Source: Bacteriovoracaceae bacterium (GTDB taxonomy: Bacteria; Bdellovibrionota; Bacteriovoracia; Bacteriovoracales; Bacteriovoracaceae). Taken from it: DNA of 64,000 nt. The stretch is taken from positions 186,001 to 250,000 of the forward strand of contig OZ244226.1 of assembly GCA_965217035.1 (NCBI GenBank), given 5' to 3'. Positions 19,853 through 28,182 of this stretch are shown here, piece by piece (the first letter of the stretch is position 1; each line of letters starts with the position of its first letter). Made by a program: the position numbers and the translations under genes. The notes beneath the pieces were generated by a model. The model saw nothing but the letters and a program-made list of their open reading frames with translations. It was not told the DNA's origin and made no database searches.

Positions 19853-21507
19853 GATTCAGCAACTTCTTGATTAAGTTTTTGAAAGGCCATCGACGCAAGC
19901 TTCTTTCTATCAATTTTAATATTATGACGACTATCGACAGGAAAATCCTCAAAAAGTATAAAAGTTTTAATCCCTTCCGTACTCGAAAACTTTTGACCAA
20001 TAATTTCGAGTTCACTATAAAATTTCTCTTGGTAATCAATGCTTAGACTTGTTTTTTTGTCTTTTCTAAGAACAGCAAGAGCTGCTTTTCCTTCTAATTC
20101 TATTAAGGCTGAGTTTTCAATTTCATCATGCTCATTAAAAACAGGCTCAACAGCTTTAGGATAATAATTTCTCGAAGCAGTAATCACGACATGACTTTTT
20201 CTTCCTAAAAACCAAAGACGATCCCATTCGTCGAGATAACCAATGTCTCCCATTCTATGCCAATAATGATCACCATCAGGAATATGGATAGACTTTGTTG
20301 CTTCTGGATTATTATGATAAGCAGGAGTCGCTGTTGGGCTCTTAACCACAATCTCTCCAATCTCACCCGTTTTCAATTTTGCAACTGATTCAATACTTGA
20401 AAAGTTTTCACCTGATTGTGGAATAATTGCAACTTCTACACCTTTAAGCGGATAGCCTATACAGACTCCCTTCCCTTCCAAACGAAATGCTTTCGTTTCC
20501 CCTTGAACTTCATGAGCTGAAGTCAAACTCACAGGCAAGCATTCTGTTGCCCCGTAAGGAGTATAGATATTGGCATTTGGAAAAACTTTGATCAACATTC
20601 CAAGGAGATCATGTCGAACAGGAGCTCCAAAAAGCGCCAACGTTTTTATTCGAGGAAAAGTCTGTTTCTTTTTTAAACTATATTCAACAACATTCTTCCA
20701 AATGCTTGGAGAACCCGCTCCAAAAGTAATTTTATATTCTAATAAATCTTTAATAATTTTCTTTGGGTTGCATTGAGCAGGTTTTGAAGCATCAAAGTCA
20801 CAAACATGAGTTGTCAGTCCAAGTGCCAAGGTAAAAAGGCTAAAAAGTGGAAAGCCTGGATAGTCCTTATCATTAGGAGTTAAACGAAAAGCTTCTTTGA
20901 GCATCGTCGTTTGTTTCCAAAACATCTCCATCGTATACTCAACTCCCTTCGGAGTTCCTGTTCCTCCAGAGGTGAAAAGAATGGCCGATAATTCTTTTGG
21001 ATCTTTATCAGCAATCTCATACTGGTTTGGCTGACCTTTTGCTAATTTTTTAAGTGAATGAGTTCCCCAGAAATTTCCATCAACATTGATCACGATTTTT
21101 ATATCTTTAAAGAACTTTCTTTTTATATTACGAAGGTATTGAACCTTTGAAACTCCTATTAAGGCTTCCGCTTCGACTGTCTGAACACAGGAAAGCATGG
21201 GTTCTAACCCCATACCTGGATCGATAAAAATAGGAACAGCACCAATTTTAAAAAGAGCAAAAATGATCGCCGGGAAATCGAGACTTGGCGTGACAAATAC
21301 CAGAGTCTTCGTCCCCCTTTTTATCCCTAATCCTTCAAAAGAGTTGGCATAGACATTCGATCGTTTATCAAGCTCATCAAAAGAACAACTTTCGAATTGG
21401 TTCCCCGATCTTCCGAAGGAAAAGAAACTTCCACTGGCCCTCGCAATTACGGCCTGTTTGCCCGGATACTTTTCCGCATTGTCTTTAATGAAGTTTGCTA
21501 TATTCAT
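19849..21507 (-). CDS. oleC: OleC-like beta-lactone synthetase (AMP-binding)
   Basis: IDPGMG, FTSGGTGTPKG, TPYGATECLPV, WHRMGD, FPVDSRHNIKIDR. Confidence 0.85.
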   Translation of the reverse strand: MNIANFIKDNAEKYPGKQAVIARASGSFFSFGRSGNQFESCSFDELDKRSNVYANSFEGLGIKRGTKTLVFVTPSLDFPAIIFALFKIGAVPIFIDPGMGLEPMLSCVQTVEAEALIGVSKVQYLRNIKRKFFKDIKIVINVDGNFWGTHSLKKLAKGQPNQYEIADKDPKELSAILFTSGGTGTPKGVEYTMEMFWKQTTMLKEAFRLTPNDKDYPGFPLFSLFTLALGLTTHVCDFDASKPAQCNPKKIIKDLLEYKITFGAGSPSIWKNVVEYSLKKKQTFPRIKTLALFGAPVRHDLLGMLIKVFPNANIYTPYGATECLPVSLTSAHEVQGETKAFRLEGKGVCIGYPLKGVEVAIIPQSGENFSSIESVAKLKTGEIGEIVVKSPTATPAYHNNPEATKSIHIPDGDHYWHRMGDIGYLDEWDRLWFLGRKSHVVITASRNYYPKAVEPVFNEHDEIENSALIELEGKAALAVLRKDKKTSLSIDYQEKFYSELEIIGQKFSSTEGIKTFILFEDFPVDSRHNIKIDRKKLASMAFQKLNQEVAES

Positions 21508-22364
21508 TAGTATTTTAAAAACCTTTTTAATTGATCAAGACAAGAATCATACTCATCTTCCAAAACATAATGCCCTGCCTTTTCAAATGACACCACTTGG
21601 GCATGTGGAAGAAAATCAATAAAACGTTTTTTAAACCCTGGATGAAAACAAAAGTCCAAATCACCCCACATAAGAAGTGTTGGAAGCTTTAACTTAGCAA
21701 GCTCAGTCTCTATTCCTTCTAAAGTTTGATATGTTTTGTGGTTTGGGCTTAAAGGGATGTCATGAACAAAGTCATCGATTGCTTTTCTCTCAGAATATTT
21801 CCGATAAGGCATTAAATAACCTGATTTTACTTTTGAACTGAGTCCTTTTTTTGAGGCCATAACAGATGCAGCCAAAGCAAAGCCATTGAGCCCTCGGTTT
21901 AAAAAACGTCCTAAAACAGGGACTTTACAAAGCGCTATCCTCTTTGGAATTTCAGTTGAATTAAAAGCGGCCGTATTCATAAGAACAATTTTGTCAAAAC
22001 GTTCTTGATTTCTTACAAGAACTCCCATACCAATCGCCCCTCCCCAATCATGAGCGATAAGCGTAATATTTCGGAGATCTTTCTCTTTGATAAACTTTTC
22101 TAGATGTTGAATTCTTTTTTCGAGATTAAACGTTTCTTCATCTCTATCGGAGAGACCGCATCCAAGATGATCAATAGCAATGCATCGATAATCAGAGCTA
22201 AGATCTCTTACGAGATTTCTGTAATAGAATGACCAAGTGGGATTACCATGAACCATAAGAAGTGTTTTTTCACCTGTTCCTTCCTCTATATAATGCATTT
22301 TCAAATCATTCTGAACGGGTAAAAAGTGAGATTTAAAGGGATAAAGTTCTGCTATTTCATGCAT
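21507..22364 (-). CDS. oleB: OleB-like beta-lactone decarboxylase (haloalkane dehalogenase fold)
   Basis: HGNPTWSFYYR, HDWGG nucleophile Asp, AGHYVLED. Confidence 0.85.
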   Translation of the reverse strand: MHEIAELYPFKSHFLPVQNDLKMHYIEEGTGEKTLLMVHGNPTWSFYYRNLVRDLSSDYRCIAIDHLGCGLSDRDEETFNLEKRIQHLEKFIKEKDLRNITLIAHDWGGAIGMGVLVRNQERFDKIVLMNTAAFNSTEIPKRIALCKVPVLGRFLNRGLNGFALAASVMASKKGLSSKVKSGYLMPYRKYSERKAIDDFVHDIPLSPNHKTYQTLEGIETELAKLKLPTLLMWGDLDFCFHPGFKKRFIDFLPHAQVVSFEKAGHYVLEDEYDSCLDQLKRFLKY

Positions 22365-23377
22365 TTCAACCCCGCCATTGTTGAATGGAGACCGCTTCCG
22401 ATCCCGAGTAAAGCAAATTCATCATTAATATTGATGAAATTATTCTTTCTGGCTTTATCAAGAGCAGAAAAAATAGCAGCTGAGCCAGAGTTTCCAAATT
22501 TCGGATAAATAGGAAAATCACTTCCTTCTGGTAATTTAAACTTTTCTAAAATTAAAGCCTGATGGGCCTTACCCACTTGATGAGTGATCACTTTATTAAC
22601 TTTAATTTTAATTTTTTCCTTAAGATCACGAAAAGTTTCAACCGCTAAACCAATCCCTCTATGAAGAAGTTGTTCGGAGTCCGTTTTCATAATCACACCA
22701 TCTTCAGTTTTCCCTCCCGAACAGAGACGGTGAGCACTTGAGTCAGTTTGATGTGATGTTCCTAGCAACTGATAGAGAGCTTTTTCTTTTTCTGCTCCAA
22801 TAACAATAGCTGCTCCCGCCGAACCGATTGTTAGAGAAGCAATATAATCTTTAACTGTTTTTCGAGTCAGTGACGTCTCTTTTTTCATGAAATCAATCGT
22901 ATCAAATAAAAGATCGGCACTATTCTCTCCAGTCACAAGCAAGGCTTTTCTTATTTGCTCAGTCTCAATCATACTCGCTGCTAAATTCATTCCAGACATC
23001 ATTCCAAGACAAGCATTAGAAAGATCAAAATTATCACAATGAGGATTTAAATTAAGTGCAGAATGAACGGCCGAGACAGTTGAAGGTTCCATCTGGTCCC
23101 TACAAACAGAACAATGAATTAAGAGATCAATTTCATTTTTATCAATATCAAATTTTTTAAATAATAACTCAGCAGCCTCAGTACTGATTTCACTCGGTTT
23201 AACTGTCCGAGGCCAAAAGCCACGACGCTCAATACCCGTCATAAGTTGAAGTCTTCCTTGTGGAAGTTTCAATCGGTCATAAACTTCTTTGAGAAGTTCT
23301 TCGACTTGGTCGGTAGAAAGATATTCCGGTGGATCAATTGTCGAAAGTGCCTCGATATAAACATTTTGGTATTTCAA
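22352..23377 (-). CDS. oleA: OleA acyl-CoA:acyl-CoA alkyltransferase (thiolase fold)
   Basis: LMTGIERR, EPST (catalytic Glu), DLSNACLG (Cys), HQVG (His), GNSGSA (Asn), LGIGSGL. Confidence 0.88.
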   Translation of the reverse strand: MKYQNVYIEALSTIDPPEYLSTDQVEELLKEVYDRLKLPQGRLQLMTGIERRGFWPRTVKPSEISTEAAELLFKKFDIDKNEIDLLIHCSVCRDQMEPSTVSAVHSALNLNPHCDNFDLSNACLGMMSGMNLAASMIETEQIRKALLVTGENSADLLFDTIDFMKKETSLTRKTVKDYIASLTIGSAGAAIVIGAEKEKALYQLLGTSHQTDSSAHRLCSGGKTEDGVIMKTDSEQLLHRGIGLAVETFRDLKEKIKIKVNKVITHQVGKAHQALILEKFKLPEGSDFPIYPKFGNSGSAAIFSALDKARKNNFININDEFALLGIGSGLHSTMAGLKCMK

Positions 23378-24792
23378 GAGAGACCTCCCTTGAGTCCGTA
23401 GATATTTGCCATAGTAATACCACTTAGAAGACTTCCCACAATACCAAGATAACCTTGATCAGTCCCAATAATATAAAGATCCTCTAAATCAGTTTTCCCA
23501 TCTCTTTTCTTTATCGGAGAGCCGTAAACTGTTCCTCGATGGTGAGAGGTGTATTTCGTTATCGTTCTTGGAGTAAAAACATCAGTGTAGAGGAGTTCTC
23601 TATTATCATTCGGACAGAGTTTTTTTATTAAAGCAAAAGCATGTTTTTTCACGTTTTCTTTTTCAGCAAGATATTGATCTTCATTAAAACTTGACCAATG
23701 TTCGTAATTCGCAATGAATGTGATTCGAATCATGCCTTCTTCGGATTCTATCTTTTCATAATTATCAGGGACACAGAAAACACCACTTCGAAAGTCAGTA
23801 GGATCTTGAGGGCATTCATAATTAAATTTATCAGCATAATTAAAAAAAGAGATCGTTGAATCATGAACTGAATGATCAACCTTCTTATCATAAACAAACA
23901 TACATTCAACAAAAGTTAAATTACCTGTTTCGATTTGTTTATTCTCTAGAAGGCTATCTGTCTCAGGGAGTCCAACTGAAGAGTAAACTTGTTTCGCTTT
24001 AAGAACTTCCCCATTATCAAGTATAACTCCTTCAACTCTCTCTGTAGTTTTTAGAATAGACTTCACTCCAATTTTAAATCTTGTATCGATATGATTGTCT
24101 TTAAGCTTTTCAATTAATGGATTAATTAACGTCCTCACTCCTCCAAAAGGTCTCGCGAAGCCTTCAAAAAAAATCGATTTGAAAAGAATAACGAATTGCT
24201 GAAGATCAATATCGTTCTCCCAAGAAGATCCATAAAAGAGTAAAGGACATAAAAGACAATCGATAAACTCATCATCAAAGCCTTGAGAAGCGAGGTATTT
24301 CTTTGTTGAATCAAACTCGAACTCAAGAGAAGAGTCATCAAAATTCTCAATGAATTTCACAAGGTTTTGAAAACGTTCACCGTGTTCTGGATAAACTTTT
24401 ATAACTTCAGAAATAAGGAGTTTGATATCATTAGAGAACTTTAATACTTTGTCATTGAAAAGAACTTGAGAATAATTCTGTTCTTGAATCTCTAAAGAAT
24501 CATAACGAATGCGAAGTTGTTTCAATATTTTCAAAAGAGGTTTATTCTTTTCACCTTTACGGGCAAAGTTTGTCAGTGCATGAAGACCAACATCAAACTT
24601 TCGAATCCCCACACGATTTCCTTTCTCATCTTTTTTTACACGTTGAAAATAGGAATTAAGTCCCCCCGGAACCGAATGCTTTTCTATCAGAGCAACTTTC
24701 TTATCAAACATACCTAAACGAATGGCACAGGCCATCCCAGACATGCCCGCTCCGATCACGATCGCATCGTATTCTGTTTGCGGATCACTCAT
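23374..24792 (-). CDS. Phytoene-desaturase (CrtI)-fold FAD oxidoreductase #2
   Basis: IVIGAGMSG, GGLNSY, FDVGLHALTNF, FTPRTITKYT, GTDQGYLGIVG; start set at ATG 24792. Confidence 0.85.
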   Translation of the reverse strand: MSDPQTEYDAIVIGAGMSGMACAIRLGMFDKKVALIEKHSVPGGLNSYFQRVKKDEKGNRVGIRKFDVGLHALTNFARKGEKNKPLLKILKQLRIRYDSLEIQEQNYSQVLFNDKVLKFSNDIKLLISEVIKVYPEHGERFQNLVKFIENFDDSSLEFEFDSTKKYLASQGFDDEFIDCLLCPLLFYGSSWENDIDLQQFVILFKSIFFEGFARPFGGVRTLINPLIEKLKDNHIDTRFKIGVKSILKTTERVEGVILDNGEVLKAKQVYSSVGLPETDSLLENKQIETGNLTFVECMFVYDKKVDHSVHDSTISFFNYADKFNYECPQDPTDFRSGVFCVPDNYEKIESEEGMIRITFIANYEHWSSFNEDQYLAEKENVKKHAFALIKKLCPNDNRELLYTDVFTPRTITKYTSHHRGTVYGSPIKKRDGKTDLEDLYIIGTDQGYLGIVGSLLSGITMANIYGLKGGLS

Positions 24793-24805
24793 TGTGTTTT
24801 GAAAC

Positions 24806-25051
24806 TTATTGAAACTTAGGTTGAAGATACTCAACACAACCGCTGAGTGTGTCTAACCTAGGATAGTCTTCTTGTGGAACTTCAATTTTGTGACGCTTTC
24901 TAAGCTCCATAACAATATCAAGAAAGTCCATAGAGTCTAGATCGATCTGATCTCTCAAGCTAACACCATCCTGAATCCCTCCAAGATCTTCATCAGGAGC
25001 GATATCAGCAATAATATCTAATACTTCTGTTCTCACTTCTTCATTTGTCAT
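24806..25051 (-). CDS. Acyl carrier protein
   Basis: Acidic 81 aa with DLDSMD phosphopantetheine site. Confidence 0.92.
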   Translation of the reverse strand: MTNEEVRTEVLDIIADIAPDEDLGGIQDGVSLRDQIDLDSMDFLDIVMELRKRHKIEVPQEDYPRLDTLSGCVEYLQPKFQ

Positions 25052-25064
25052 CGTATTATCCTCT

Positions 25065-26333
25065 TTATTCAGTGTATTTCGTTACAATTAGTGTTGAGTT
25101 TATTCCAAGCATGCCGAAAGAGTTATTCAAAATTGTTTCGACAGACTTCACTTTCTTAGGTTCTCCAAGCACGAGATTATCAACCGCGCATTCTGGATCA
25201 AGCTCATCGCAATTAATTCCCGGATGGATTATAGCATCTTCTAGGCTTGGAAGATTTCCAGCAAGCTCCAAAGAACCAGCTGCTCCCATCGCGTGACCGA
25301 TATGCCCTTTAGTGAAATTGACATAAGTATCAGGACAGCCTGAAAAGACTCCTCGAATGGCCCGAGTTTCCGAAATATCTCCAGCTCCCGTTCCCGTTGC
25401 GTGCATACTTACAATATCAATGTCTCTCGGCTCTACACCGGCCATCTTCATCGCCTTTTGCATGCATTCCATTTGCCTCTCGGTATTTGGATTCACAAAA
25501 TCAGAAGCATCTGAGTTCATGGCATAACCTGCGATCTCACAATAGATCTTCGCTCCACGAGCTTTCGCATTAGCCAATGTTTCTAAAAAATAGATCGCTC
25601 CACCTTCTGCAATAACTGTTCCCTTTCTATTTTTATCAAGCGGACGAATCGACTTCTCAACGTTTTCAGCGTCATATCCTAAAGCATTTTGCGCTTCAAA
25701 AGCTGCGTGAACACCAAAAGTATTTGGACTTTCACTAATTCCACCAGCAAGCGCATATTGAACTTCACCAAGTTTCAGCATTTGAATCCCAGTGATGATC
25801 CCAGCATTCCCACCTGCACAAGCAGCACCAATTGTGTAATGAGGTCCCGTTGTTTTTAAATTAAGTGTAATTTCACCAGCCGGTGAGTTTGCAACAGTTC
25901 TTGGATTATGATGATGGGACCAAAGCTTGGTATCAAGATCATTTTTATGAAGCTGATAAACTTCTTCTTCCGTTTCAACATTTCCGTGTTCAGTAATTCC
26001 GAGATAAACACCGACTTCTCTTTTATCGATTGATTCCCAATCAACTCCGGAATCTTGAATACATTCATTGGCACAATAGATAGAAATAGAACCCGCTCGT
26101 GTTCCTCGACGACGGGCCTTAATCTTTTGGTATTTCTTTTCATCAAAATCACAAAAGCCCGCTGCTCTATTTCCCATATAACGAATTTCATTTTGGGTAA
26201 GACCAGATTTTCCCTCAAGAAGTGAGTTACGAAACTCAGAAAGAGTGTTTCCATTCGGAGCAGTTAGCCCGATACCGGTAATGACGATTCTTTGTTCGTC
26301 TGATAATGGTTTTCGTGATTCGTTTTGTGTCAT
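25065..26333 (-). CDS. fabF: Beta-ketoacyl-ACP synthase (FabF-like)
   Basis: VITGIG, AACAGG (Cys), HATGT (His), KGHIGHAMGAAG (His), NSFG. Confidence 0.88.
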   Translation of the reverse strand: MTQNESRKPLSDEQRIVITGIGLTAPNGNTLSEFRNSLLEGKSGLTQNEIRYMGNRAAGFCDFDEKKYQKIKARRRGTRAGSISIYCANECIQDSGVDWESIDKREVGVYLGITEHGNVETEEEVYQLHKNDLDTKLWSHHHNPRTVANSPAGEITLNLKTTGPHYTIGAACAGGNAGIITGIQMLKLGEVQYALAGGISESPNTFGVHAAFEAQNALGYDAENVEKSIRPLDKNRKGTVIAEGGAIYFLETLANAKARGAKIYCEIAGYAMNSDASDFVNPNTERQMECMQKAMKMAGVEPRDIDIVSMHATGTGAGDISETRAIRGVFSGCPDTYVNFTKGHIGHAMGAAGSLELAGNLPSLEDAIIHPGINCDELDPECAVDNLVLGEPKKVKSVETILNNSFGMLGINSTLIVTKYTE

Positions 26334-26369
26334 TTCTGACTTTCCTGGTCTTCTTTTAAGGTACCAACC

Positions 26370-26397
26370 ATTTTAAGTTCTCGGTGCGAAAATGCAA
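26370..26397 (-). promoter_or_regulatory. sigma70-like promoter for the fabF-ACP-crtI-oleABCD arm
   Basis: Minus strand TTGCAT-N16-TAAAAT. Confidence 0.4.
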
Positions 26398-26446
26398 TAA
26401 AAAACGCCTGATTTAAACCATTTTAATTTATCTCAATTCAATTTTC

Positions 26447-26475
26447 TTGCGAGATGAATTTTGAATCTGTACAAC
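26447..26475 (+). promoter_or_regulatory. sigma70-like promoter for the histone gene
   Basis: TTGCGA-N17-TACAAC, then GGAG RBS at about 26508. Confidence 0.35.
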
Positions 26476-26519
26476 TTTAATTGAACAACCGTGATCCTAA
26501 ATGGAATGGAGATTTAATT

Positions 26520-26927
26520 ATGGAAAATTATGTTGTCGTATCTAAAGTCAAAAAGCTGATCAAAGAGCGGCAGGGTTTCAATACTTCACAATCGTTTTTC
26601 GAACCTTTGAACTCTGACCTCGTTAGTTCTCTTGATTCAGCCATCGAGCATGCTCAAAAAATGAACAGAAAAACGGTTATGGGAAGAGACTTCAGCTTCT
26701 ACAAGGAAGGTCCTGAGGTTTCTGATTCTTTGGTAGTTGCTTCTAAAGTGAAGAAATACATCAAAGAAAAGTCTGGTCTTAACACTTCATCTCAAGTAAT
26801 CGACCAACTTTCTCATAAAGTTGAAAACCTTTGTTTGAATGCCATCAAAAGTGCAGTTGAGCAGAAAAGAAAGACGGTTATGGACCGTGATTTCTCGACA
26901 GGTGATTCAGCAGTAGCATCTGAATAG
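26520..26927 (+). CDS. Tandem (doublet) bacterial histone-fold protein, Bd0055/HBb-like
   Basis: Two repeats VVxSKVKKxIKE..G.NTS...A...RKTVMxRDF; start set at ATG 26520 (RBS GGAG). Confidence 0.88.
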   Translation: MENYVVVSKVKKLIKERQGFNTSQSFFEPLNSDLVSSLDSAIEHAQKMNRKTVMGRDFSFYKEGPEVSDSLVVASKVKKYIKEKSGLNTSSQVIDQLSHKVENLCLNAIKSAVEQKRKTVMDRDFSTGDSAVASE

Positions 26928-26934
26928 TTCCGGA

Positions 26935-26986
26935 GGCGCTCTTCTAAGAGCGCTCACACAATAGCCGATAGCTCAGCTATCGGCTA
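26935..26986. terminator. Two adjacent hairpins between convergent genes
   Basis: GCGCTCTT-ct-AAGAGCGC and TAGCCGATAGC-tca-GCTATCGGCTA (26962-26986). Confidence 0.55.
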
Positions 26987-28056
26987 ACTCGCGTGTAACA
27001 ATATTTCTTATATTTCGGGTTATAGTGACACCACCATGCTTTGTTTCTTAAGATGATTCCGATTTCACGATCATCTTGTGGAAATAATTTAGCAGCACTC
27101 AACTTGAAAAACCCTTCTTCAACATCAATATCAGGCCAATGAACTTCGCCAGTTGATTTTACTTCAACTTTTTTCTGAATGTATTCTATCAACTCTTCAT
27201 TAATATCCCAAACATAGAACTCAAAGCTTCCATCAAATCGTAATGGCCCAAGCTTATAAACCTGAACAACGTGGATCCAATGATCAAGAGATTCATCAGT
27301 ATCTCCATCAACTTTTCCTAAAATCTTGGCCCTTGGTTCAGACATAAAAATGATAGGGTTATAACCTCTACCAAGCCTTGCTTTTAACTGGCGGTAAAGA
27401 AGTCTATTTTTCCGGACAGTTGTTTTCTCTTTAACACTGAAAAGTTGGATAAGTCCTCTTATACTTACGTTCTTTTTCACCCATAAATTAAGAATATGTT
27501 TCTTGAGATAAAACTTCAGCTCGGGGATTGAAGAAAGTTCATTGAGATTTGAAAGGCCAGGGAAAACAGTCGGCTGGAGACGAAAAATACGATCGATTTT
27601 TTTAGCAAGATACTTCAGCCAGGCTTCTCGGCTTGTCTCTCTATTAGGAACTTTTTGTTTCGCCTCATTCATAACATCAAAATGAGCAAGCATATTGAAA
27701 CGACGAAGGCCAAAGGTCATAGAAGAGCAAACTCCAAAATCAGTTTCCGCAATATCAGCAAAATCATAATCTTGGTTCACAAAAGTAAAACTATGATCGA
27801 GATTTGGAAATCTTTTGTGATGGGTTCCGTAAAAAACACTCCAAGGGCTTCGTTTCGGATTTCGCTTATGCATGCGAACATAATTTGTGTAAGGATCGAC
27901 CCCATAAAACCTGAGGAAATCATTCAGCAATGAACCAGGAAAATCGAAAAAAAAATGAGCTATTCCTCTCTTCGCCAAATCAGACTGCTTTGGAATCTCC
28001 TTCTGAGCGAAAAGAAGAGAACTGCTAAAAATTAGAGTCAAGATAAGTTTTTTCAT
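26977..28056 (-). CDS. Secreted protein with papain-like Cys-His-Asp motifs
   Basis: Signal peptide from MKKLILTL (ATG 28056); GVCSSM, HVVQVY, YVWDIN. Confidence 0.55.
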   Translation of the reverse strand: MKKLILTLIFSSSLLFAQKEIPKQSDLAKRGIAHFFFDFPGSLLNDFLRFYGVDPYTNYVRMHKRNPKRSPWSVFYGTHHKRFPNLDHSFTFVNQDYDFADIAETDFGVCSSMTFGLRRFNMLAHFDVMNEAKQKVPNRETSREAWLKYLAKKIDRIFRLQPTVFPGLSNLNELSSIPELKFYLKKHILNLWVKKNVSIRGLIQLFSVKEKTTVRKNRLLYRQLKARLGRGYNPIIFMSEPRAKILGKVDGDTDESLDHWIHVVQVYKLGPLRFDGSFEFYVWDINEELIEYIQKKVEVKSTGEVHWPDIDVEEGFFKLSAAKLFPQDDREIGIILRNKAWWCHYNPKYKKYCYTRVSR

Positions 28057-28182
28057 GCCCTTGAAACTAATACGGAAGCGAGCGATTGACAATTTTACTC
28101 AAGATGCCTGCGGTTTCAATAAGTTGTGAATTCACCTATAATAATAAGTCGGATGATGCATCTTGGTAATAGGAGATTTCCA

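Noticed and set aside
21507..22364. Haloalkane dehalogenase
   Set aside because: Position between oleA and oleC supports OleB
9872..24792. Carotenoid biosynthesis cluster
   Set aside because: No crtB/crtE/crtY in the window; context is fatty acid and olefin synthesis
9872..26333. Ladderane biosynthesis
   Set aside because: No radical SAM/B12 enzymes here; resemblance is limited to FAS II plus CrtI-like genes
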